This document shows, one piece after another, positions 49,844 through 56,931 of a stretch of DNA of 56,931 bases. The notes beneath the pieces were generated by a model that did no database searches, was not told the origin of the DNA, and saw nothing but the letters and a program-made list of their open reading frames with translations. Numbering within the stretch: the first letter of the stretch is position 1; every line of letters begins with the position of its first letter. A program made the translations under genes and the position numbers. Source of the stretch: an uncultured Piscirickettsiaceae bacterium (GTDB taxonomy: Bacteria > Pseudomonadota > Gammaproteobacteria > GCF-002020875); contig CAYFNH010000004.1 of NCBI GenBank assembly GCA_964344435.1, positions 1 through 56,931 of the forward strand, read 5' to 3'.

Positions 49844-50872
49844 TCACGCAGTTACCATCTCACCCACATGATCCCAATAGTCTGGCGGAAGGTCACTGGC
49901 AAGCTTGAGGCCGCCCAGACAACCAGCATAGTCGGCATCCTCAACGGTATGTACCGCAATGTTGCCGTACTCGGAGAGGGACTCTGCAATCACATCCCCC
50001 AGATTTGCGATACGGGAGCCACCACCGGCAAGAATGATATTCTGCAACACCGCTTCTTGATCCTCCGGATCAAAACTGGCTACCAGGTGCTCGATTTGCT
50101 CCACAATATCCGGAACAATTGCGTTACAGGCCAGCTCAAGCTCTTCAGTAACGTCCACGGTTACCGGCTTGCCATTCTCACGCATGGTAACCATAACCTT
50201 CTCGCTTGCCTTGCCTACAAAGGCGTGCTGATCCTTGATCGCGCGGGCAATTCGTTTGTTGATCTGCACATTGGGGTAGCGCATCTGAATCGACTCCAGC
50301 AGTAGCTCATCGATAAAGTTGCCTCCCTTGAGCAAGGTCACCTGATCATCTTCATCCGGCACCTTCCCCTTCAGCGCACAGAGATCTACCGTACCCGCCC
50401 CGATATCAATAACGATACTGTTGAGCAGCACATCCTGACCGTAACCAACCATGAAGGGCTCGGAGATGACCATGGCAACATCCATCACCTCTCTGGCCAG
50501 TGCCAGCAGCGTCTCCTTGTTAAAGGCCGAGGCGCGTGCGGGAACGCCCACGATCCCACACACTCGATCGCCCGGCTGCGGGTCGGCCAGACTGACAACA
50601 TGGCGAATCAGCTCTTTGGCAACCTCCTGCTCCTTGTCACCAGTCTCCTTGATTACGCCATCCTCAAGTGGGAAGTAGTGGTTGAGATAGTGACGCTCCA
50701 GCGCCTCTCTACCCACAACGTGCGTAGCCCCCAGCAACTTTACGCCGATCAGATCCTTTGGATAGCCTACCACCGAGTCAATCATCGTCTTCAGGCCACG
50801 GTCTGTCATGATTGAGGTACGAGATGTCCCCAGGTCGATACCAATTAACAGATCTTTTCCTTTACTCTCCAT
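49844..50872 (-). CDS. mamK: Magnetosome actin-like protein MamK
   Basis: GIDLGTSRT, SVVGYPKDLIG, GVPARAS, SEPFMVGYG, DIGAGTVD, LAGGGSRI and LPPDYW. Confidence 0.95.
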   Translation of the reverse strand: MESKGKDLLIGIDLGTSRTSIMTDRGLKTMIDSVVGYPKDLIGVKLLGATHVVGREALERHYLNHYFPLEDGVIKETGDKEQEVAKELIRHVVSLADPQPGDRVCGIVGVPARASAFNKETLLALAREVMDVAMVISEPFMVGYGQDVLLNSIVIDIGAGTVDLCALKGKVPDEDDQVTLLKGGNFIDELLLESIQMRYPNVQINKRIARAIKDQHAFVGKASEKVMVTMRENGKPVTVDVTEELELACNAIVPDIVEQIEHLVASFDPEDQEAVLQNIILAGGGSRIANLGDVIAESLSEYGNIAVHTVEDADYAGCLGGLKLASDLPPDYWDHVGEMVTA

Positions 50873-50939
50873 CTTCTCTACCTTTTATCTTATGGTCGGT
50901 TTTCCCAACGGTTATTACATCGAAATAGACACTATAACA

Positions 50940-52526
50940 CTACTCTTTCGAGGTGATTTTTCCCAGTGCACTCTTACTGTCGGCAAGACCGTACTTCAGC
51001 CCCATCAGGCTGTAACGACCAATACTAGCCACCCCTTTCACCCCATTGGAGAGCAGGTTCAGCACCCCTCCTCCCAAGGTCTCAACCTCGACAGATTTAT
51101 CTCGTGGAATACCACTTGGCGGCATTCCATCCACAATGGCCGGGGCTCCGGTTGCAACCCGGCTACGACGCTCTGCACGTTTGCGCGCTGCGCTCGCGGT
51201 AAAGTGGCGAATCGCCTCTCTACGCTGGGCCGCGTCAGAATCCGTTGCACGAGTACCAGTGATTTTGTCCAGTGCCTCGTTGAAGTGTGGATCCTCCTGC
51301 TGCTCGGACTCCTCCTCTACAGCCTGCAACGCTTCGGTAAACTCCTCTTTGTCACCTGCTTCCATCGCCTGTTTCGGCGTTACTGCTGCCACCTCTGCCC
51401 CCTGGTTATCCTCTCGCTCAATCATCTCAATCACCTCTGCAACCTGATCCGTAGCCCGGTTATCCACTGCATCTTCTGCACGAATGTCCGTTTCACCCCT
51501 CTGTTCCCCCCCTTTTGTCTCCGCCTTTTCCATCTGCTTCCTGGCCTGGGTAGCCACTGCCTGTACCGCATCCAGCATGGAGGTAGTAGAGGTCGTTACA
51601 GGAGGATCCGCAACCGGGGGCTGCTCGGCAGCTGGTTCGGCAACAGCGGCCTCTTTCACAGCTTCAGCCATTGATGATGGAGGAACCGATAACGCAGGCT
51701 CGGACGCTACTGTTTCAGTCGTGACTGCCTCAGGCTGGTTGGATTCAGCCAAGGGGGGCATCCCGGAGTCCGTTCGGCGCTGCTCCGCCACAACCTTGGT
51801 AGCAGTTTGCACAGCAGCCTCTTCAGGTTGAGTGGTCAGACGTTTCTCCTGTTGCGTCGAGGCATCCACCATCATCTGCTGAACAACCGCCTGGCGTTCA
51901 GGGCGTGGCGGCTTTCCCCAAATGGAGAGAAATTGGGACATCTCCTGTCTACCCTGCCGTCTGGCTTGCGCCACAACCACCACACTCTCCTCCTCGGTTT
52001 GTGGGTCAATCTTGTCGGGTCTGGTAAAACGTGGCTGAATGGCAAACGGGCGAGCCTGCTCACTATTCTCCATCAAAACCTGCTCAATCAAACTTTTTGG
52101 AACGACCGTTTCAGGCTCACTGACTTCAACCGCCTCCTCTACCTCTTCGACCGGGGCAACTGCAGGTGCTGGTGGCTCCAACCGGTTCCAGAACGAGGTT
52201 GGAGCACTGGAGATTTGATCTTTGCGAACTGCCTGATGTTGCGGCACAAATGGAGTTAGAACCGGTTCCTCGGTCTTTCCCTGAAACCCTGGCGGAACCG
52301 TTGGGGCAATGGATCGACTGTTGCGAATACTGGCTGAATGATTTGACATGGCTCGTCCCTGTCGTGATTTAGCTGATGCAGAGCGGGTCTTTTTTACAAC
52401 CCTCTTTTTCTTGGTGACTGCTCTCTTCTTTGTAGTGCTTTTCTTCGCTACACTTTTTTTGGCAGGACGCTGTTTTTCCGCTGACACCGAAGTCTTCTTT
52501 TTAGCCGCCTTTTTCTTTACCGCCAT
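50940..52526 (-). CDS. mamJ: MamJ-like acidic, disordered adaptor with Lys-rich N-terminus
   Basis: Lies between mamE and mamK. Glu/Ala/Pro/Val-rich centre and Gly-rich C-terminus VEVETLGGGVLNLLSNGVKG resembling the MamJ C-terminus. Alternative GTG start at 52547. Confidence 0.6.
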   Translation of the reverse strand: MAVKKKAAKKKTSVSAEKQRPAKKSVAKKSTTKKRAVTKKKRVVKKTRSASAKSRQGRAMSNHSASIRNSRSIAPTVPPGFQGKTEEPVLTPFVPQHQAVRKDQISSAPTSFWNRLEPPAPAVAPVEEVEEAVEVSEPETVVPKSLIEQVLMENSEQARPFAIQPRFTRPDKIDPQTEEESVVVVAQARRQGRQEMSQFLSIWGKPPRPERQAVVQQMMVDASTQQEKRLTTQPEEAAVQTATKVVAEQRRTDSGMPPLAESNQPEAVTTETVASEPALSVPPSSMAEAVKEAAVAEPAAEQPPVADPPVTTSTTSMLDAVQAVATQARKQMEKAETKGGEQRGETDIRAEDAVDNRATDQVAEVIEMIEREDNQGAEVAAVTPKQAMEAGDKEEFTEALQAVEEESEQQEDPHFNEALDKITGTRATDSDAAQRREAIRHFTASAARKRAERRSRVATGAPAIVDGMPPSGIPRDKSVEVETLGGGVLNLLSNGVKGVASIGRYSLMGLKYGLADSKSALGKITSKE

Positions 52527-52543
52527 AGAATCCCCAACTTCGT

Positions 52544-54730
52544 TCACTGTAAGCTAACATAGCGCTGGCTTCCGCCACGCTCTATCAGCAGCAACACTCC
52601 ATTTCTGACATCAGCCCGGGCGACCGCAACATCAAGCTCCCCCGCAGTAGTCACGGCTGCACTGTTGATCTTCAATACCACATCGCCCTTCATCAACCCG
52701 GCATTGTCAGCAACCGTTGCCGGCTTGACATCCTTGATCAGTGAGCCCTGCTTCCCTGCCAATGTGGGGAACTTCGCTACCACCTCTGCCGTCACCGGCT
52801 TCAACTCCATCCCCAACCAGCGAATCTCATTGACCAAACCTGCAGGTGGATTGTTGTTGGCACTCTTCTGCGCAGCCTGAACATTCTGCCCGGTAACCAC
52901 CAGATAGAGATTCATCCGCTCACCACCGCGATATACCCCCAGCCTCAGACTATCCCCAACCTTGGCAGAGGCGATACGCTGCATCAGCTGCTGCGGATTC
53001 AACACCCAGCGCCCATCCAGCTTGAAGATCACATCCCCCGCCATCAACCCCGCACGGGAGGCACCACCACCGGCAGAGACAGAGGTGATAAAGGCACCAT
53101 CGGCCACCTGCAAATTGAGTTCATCTGCCAACAGCGGGTTGATCGTGGTCAACTCTGCCCCTTCGACAACCATTTTGTTGCCGCCAGCCACATTCATCCC
53201 CAACATCGGATTGGTCATGATCTGTGGCAGAGAAAACCCACTATTACCATTGGCAGTGGCCAGCGCGACCACATTCCCCTGCACCGCTCCCTGAATCTGG
53301 TGACAGCTGCTACAGATCATGGAGGCACGGCCATCAGCCTTGTGGTTTGCCGGTGGAGTTGCCTTGGCAGGAATGACCGGAGGTACACCCGCCGCTGCAG
53401 CCGCATTCAGCCCCATGCCGGGGGTATTCCCCATTGCTGCATTGCGATTGCCTCCACGAACCTGGTGACACATCTTGCAGTCCATCTGGTTACGCCCGTC
53501 GTTATGGCTGTTGGGTGGGCGGGTTCCGGCACGAATCGGGGGAGCGGCTTGCACAGCCACATTCATACCCATTCCATTGTTGGCACCTCCCCAGGCTACC
53601 GGCTGAGCAGCATTGAGTACATCCTGCATAAAACTCTTGGCCCGGTTGATCGGTACCGCAAAGCCAACACCGGAGAAGGCCCCGGTCGGGGTATAGATCG
53701 CAGTATTGACCCCAATCACCATACCGTTACGATCCACCAGTGGGCCGCCTGAATTACCCTGATTGATGGCTGCATCGGTCTGAATCAGTTCAGCGTGCGT
53801 CAGGTTATCAATCACCATTGACCTGCGTTTGGCAGAGACAATACCCCGACTTACAGTCTGATCCAGTCCAAACGGGCTTCCCATCGCCAACACAGACTGT
53901 GCTATTTCAACCTGGTCACTATTTCCCAGCTGCGCCGGTGTCAACAGCTGATCCGGCTCGATCTTCAACAGTGCGAGATCGAGAGACTCATCCACCTTGA
54001 CTGTGGAAGCCTGGTAGCGCTTGGTACCCGTCGCCGCAAATACGGTGACATTGATACCGGTTGCCCCCTTGACCACATGGTAGTTGGTAAGAACATGACC
54101 GCTGTTGCTGACCACGATGCCGGAACCAATGCTCTCGCTGGAGACACCGGATGAGGGATTGGCAAAGTGCAACTGCCCATCCTGCTGTCCGGCATTGACA
54201 TTGGCACGTGTGGTAACCGAGTTGATATTGACCACACTAGGGCGCAGGGTCATGGCTACACCGCGGAAGCTGGGTGGTGCATCCTCTCCGGCATTGACAT
54301 TCATCGCCATCGCGTTGACGTTGCCCATCATCGGCTGCATCATCGCAACGGTAGTGCCGGTCCATTTACCGCCTCCCGTAATCTGGTGACACTGCTCACA
54401 CGGCGCCTTGGCTCGTCCATCCCGCTTGTGATTTCCGGGAATCGGAGCATTGGCACGAATCGGTGGGCCAGCTTGTGCCGCCACAGTCATCCCCATGCCA
54501 TTGCCCTGCATAAATGCAACCGGAGTCCCCTGAGAACCGGCTGAAGCAGAACCAAGCTGATTGACCGGTGCTGCGGTGTGGAGCTGCTTCTCGGCCTGAT
54601 AGGGGAGATACTGGTACTGATAGAGGTAGACCGAAAGCAGAATGGCTACGGCAACGCCTCCCACCATGAAGAGGTATTTACGCAGATCCTTGCCACAAGT
54701 GATCTTCGGGTTGAGCAGCGAATCAATCAT
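52544..54730 (-). CDS. mamE: Magnetosome HtrA protease MamE (three magnetochromes, two PDZ)
   Basis: TM, CEQCH, catalytic triad TNYHV / DLALL / GNSGGP, CKMCH, CSSCH and two PDZ domains. Confidence 0.94.
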   Translation of the reverse strand: MIDSLLNPKITCGKDLRKYLFMVGGVAVAILLSVYLYQYQYLPYQAEKQLHTAAPVNQLGSASAGSQGTPVAFMQGNGMGMTVAAQAGPPIRANAPIPGNHKRDGRAKAPCEQCHQITGGGKWTGTTVAMMQPMMGNVNAMAMNVNAGEDAPPSFRGVAMTLRPSVVNINSVTTRANVNAGQQDGQLHFANPSSGVSSESIGSGIVVSNSGHVLTNYHVVKGATGINVTVFAATGTKRYQASTVKVDESLDLALLKIEPDQLLTPAQLGNSDQVEIAQSVLAMGSPFGLDQTVSRGIVSAKRRSMVIDNLTHAELIQTDAAINQGNSGGPLVDRNGMVIGVNTAIYTPTGAFSGVGFAVPINRAKSFMQDVLNAAQPVAWGGANNGMGMNVAVQAAPPIRAGTRPPNSHNDGRNQMDCKMCHQVRGGNRNAAMGNTPGMGLNAAAAAGVPPVIPAKATPPANHKADGRASMICSSCHQIQGAVQGNVVALATANGNSGFSLPQIMTNPMLGMNVAGGNKMVVEGAELTTINPLLADELNLQVADGAFITSVSAGGGASRAGLMAGDVIFKLDGRWVLNPQQLMQRIASAKVGDSLRLGVYRGGERMNLYLVVTGQNVQAAQKSANNNPPAGLVNEIRWLGMELKPVTAEVVAKFPTLAGKQGSLIKDVKPATVADNAGLMKGDVVLKINSAAVTTAGELDVAVARADVRNGVLLLIERGGSQRYVSLQ

Positions 54731-55068
54731 GCCTCACCGTCCTTTGCGGAGGCACTGTCAGCTTTGCTCTCCCTTTTCCCGGCTGTACTTTTCTTTTTCA
54801 CAGCGGCGCGCTTTTTCTTGACCGCCACCTTTTTGGCTGCTGGCTCTTCAGCGGGAGAATCATCAAGGTCCACCAGATCCTCATCGCTCTTCTCGTCGTC
54901 AGCTACCGTCGCCACACGACTGACACCAGCCATCAGTGCGACCACGCCAAACAGCAACAACAGTAGCGGGATCAATCCTCTGAGCAACTCCTCAACCGAG
55001 TACCACCAGACTGATAGCCCCCACAACCCCACGGCAAAAGCCAGCAGTCCTGCAATTATACTTGGCAT
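54727..55068 (-). CDS. mamI: Magnetosome protein MamI with extended charged tail
   Basis: MPSIIAGLLAFAVGLWGLSVWWYSVEELLRGL, two TMs, located between mamH and mamE. Confidence 0.9.
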   Translation of the reverse strand: MPSIIAGLLAFAVGLWGLSVWWYSVEELLRGLIPLLLLLFGVVALMAGVSRVATVADDEKSDEDLVDLDDSPAEEPAAKKVAVKKKRAAVKKKSTAGKRESKADSASAKDGEA

Positions 55069-55122
55069 CAAACGCTTCCTTCTCTCATCACTACACCTGA
55101 TATCTGCTACCTCGGTAGCTCC

Positions 55123-56403
55123 TCAAAAATCATACTCAACAGCGGGATCTTCACGCCGTGGCGGTATCGGCTCTTCACAACGTTGCATGACCGAAAAAGC
55201 GTAGAGCATGATAGCCAGATTTCCGACCCCCGTAAAGACGAACGGCGCATACGGCCCAAAAAAGTCAAACATGAAACCCCCGATCTGTACAAACAGAATC
55301 ATCCCCACCCCACCAACGGTATTGAAGGCACCCAGCACCGAACCTCGCATCTCTTCCGGCGCCAGATCAATGGTAAGCACCTGCGGGGATAACAGGGTAC
55401 CTGCCTGCCCTGCAGCGATCAGAATCGCGGGAATATAGATCTCCCAATCAAACGGGTTGACCACAAACCACATCGAGACAAACCCCATGCCGGAGAGAAA
55501 CATGCTCAATACCACCGCCGGGATGCGACCATACTGCTGAATAAACCAGCCCCAAACCGGGATCGTGGCCAAAATCATCGCCCCGATAGTCCCAATCAGC
55601 AGCCCCCCCTGCGCAACTGCCTCCTCCTGGGTCAAGTCGTGAATATCGGCAAAATAGACAAACCAGAGCATTAGAAAAAGACCAATCAACACCATATCAT
55701 TACGTGATGAAAAGGCGGAGGCAAAGGTCATTCTCAGCCGGGCATCACGCTTGAGCAGTTGCCCCACCTTTTTCCAGGGGATCTCTGGCTCATCCAGCCT
55801 GGCTGCCACATCGATCAGGGAGCGATTGGCAAACCAGGCCCCCAGCAACGCGACAGCAGCAACCAGGTACATCGTGACCATCAACCCGGCATGCTGGGGA
55901 ATCTGCATGATTACCGCATAGACCAGCGTAGCGCCAAACGACATCATGAAGGCGGCATTGGCCATCATCGAGGCACGCCCCTTCTGATCCGAGAAGTCCC
56001 CCGCCAGTGCGGCAAGCTGAGGCCAGACGGCTGCGGTTCCCAGCGACATGATGATGCGCATCAGATAGAAGATGGTGAGTCCACTAACCCCGAACCAGAG
56101 GCCGATCTCCAGGCTATTGGGAATCAACAGTGCCCCCAGCGCAGCAAAGAGAAAGCCGTAGATCACCACGGGAACCCGGCCGAAGCGGTCCGAGAGGTAG
56201 CCAAGATATCCCACGAACAGCAGATCGGCGACCTCGGTCACCGTCTGTACCGTTGCATTGATCAACCCCGCTTCATCAGCGCTGACCCCGAGCACACTAC
56301 GCAGAAAGATCGGCTGTATCGCCAACACCATGGTCATGAAGATCATGCAGATGGCAGAGAGCAGATAGAGCGTATTGCGGTGATAACCTTCCGGCTGTGG
56401 CAT
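55123..56403 (-). CDS. mamH: Magnetosome MFS transporter MamH
   Basis: 12-TM MFS with LAIQPIFL, GYLSDRFGR and WPQLAAL, directly upstream of mamI. Confidence 0.9.
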   Translation of the reverse strand: MPQPEGYHRNTLYLLSAICMIFMTMVLAIQPIFLRSVLGVSADEAGLINATVQTVTEVADLLFVGYLGYLSDRFGRVPVVIYGFLFAALGALLIPNSLEIGLWFGVSGLTIFYLMRIIMSLGTAAVWPQLAALAGDFSDQKGRASMMANAAFMMSFGATLVYAVIMQIPQHAGLMVTMYLVAAVALLGAWFANRSLIDVAARLDEPEIPWKKVGQLLKRDARLRMTFASAFSSRNDMVLIGLFLMLWFVYFADIHDLTQEEAVAQGGLLIGTIGAMILATIPVWGWFIQQYGRIPAVVLSMFLSGMGFVSMWFVVNPFDWEIYIPAILIAAGQAGTLLSPQVLTIDLAPEEMRGSVLGAFNTVGGVGMILFVQIGGFMFDFFGPYAPFVFTGVGNLAIMLYAFSVMQRCEEPIPPRREDPAVEYDF

Positions 56404-56436
56404 CAATTCAGGGAGTTCTCTGGGTTGTGACGGAAA

Positions 56437-56461
56437 CGACCCACTCGAAGTGGGTCGCTAC
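56437..56461 (-). repeat. GTAG-type REP-like hairpin
   Basis: Minus strand GTAG + cgacccact-tcg-agtgggtcg, a perfect 9-bp stem. Confidence 0.5.
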
Positions 56462-56491
56462 TGCTTTCGTTATATCCGAGATAACGGTGGA

Positions 56492-56815
56492 TCAAAGACG
56501 CGTAGAGAGCGAGTAGATCAGAGGCAGTCTCCATGCCTTGTAAAACAGTACCGAGACAATCCCGGCAAAGGAGAACAACAGTACCAACGTTGCCAGGGTA
56601 CTGAAAAAGAACTTGCCAATCCCTGGCAGGTAGAGCGTAAAGATCGCCAGAATGCCGATTATCCAGATTACCAGCCCCTGACGGGCATGAAAGTAGACGT
56701 ACTGATCATCCCGATTCATCACCAGAGGTACAAAAACCAGAATCCCCAGATAACTCATCAAGGCCAACACCATTGACTTCATGTTTCCTTCACTCTGAAT
56801 CACATCTGTAGCCAT
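56492..56815 (-). CDS. mmsF: MmsF/MamF family magnetosome membrane protein
   Basis: SYLGILVFVPL..RDDQYVYFHARQGLVIW and WRLPL, 107 aa. mmsF versus mamF cannot be resolved by eye. Confidence 0.85.
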   Translation of the reverse strand: MATDVIQSEGNMKSMVLALMSYLGILVFVPLVMNRDDQYVYFHARQGLVIWIIGILAIFTLYLPGIGKFFFSTLATLVLLFSFAGIVSVLFYKAWRLPLIYSLSTRL

Positions 56816-56843
56816 TATTCCACTCCCCTTACATTATCCAAAT

Positions 56844-56917
56844 GTAACTATTCAGCTCACCTCTGAATAGCTACGGTCATTATTGTTACAAATTCAAGGT
56901 AACCCCTGAATAGTTAC
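56844..56917. mobile_element. MITE-like element, internally deleted copy (inverted relative to 1567-1730)
   Basis: Same 12-bp TIRs and shared internal aataatgaccgtagctattcag and gtgagctgaatagttac. Confidence 0.75.
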
Positions 56918-56931
56918 TTTCAGTCTTCTTT

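Overview
Bacterial chromosomal segment, most likely from a chemolithotrophic, sulfur-oxidiser-like gammaproteobacterium. This is inferred from the ilvI-ilvH-ilvC-pssA-leuA order, the long-form ProRS, an E. coli-like Fur and the Isp-type Hyn hydrogenase. It has four blocks. (1) 1.3-7.0 kb: a group 1e hydrogenase operon, hynS-isp1-isp2-orf-hynL, plus a mini-HupE. (2) 7.3-27.2 kb: a divergent energy/carbon cluster with a 2-oxoacid:ferredoxin oxidoreductase alpha/beta pair, two degenerate PFOR-fold Fe-S proteins, a complete Rnf complex (B, C, D, G, E, A), sucCD, an aldo-keto reductase and mdh. (3) 27.2-36.4 kb: housekeeping genes (rimI, leuA, pssA, ilvIHC with a candidate leader peptide, a MIF-like tautomerase, proS). 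(4) 36.4-56.9 kb: a magnetosome gene cluster split into mmsF-mamH-mamI-mamE-mamJ-like-mamK and mamC-mamO-mamP-mamN. Between the two parts is a ~9 kb accessory block: fur, a Fur-box promoter driving a small ORF, a degenerate Fe ABC pair, a CZB protein, a CheZ-like protein, a CheY-like regulator, a rubredoxin and sigma54-linked coiled-coil proteins. mamA, B, L, M, Q, S and T were not recognised in the window. Two copies of a MITE, several REP-like palindromes and several small ORFs missing from the ORF track were found by reading the sequence. No rRNA, tRNA, CRISPR array or transposase was seen. All family assignments come from motif recognition, not from database searches.
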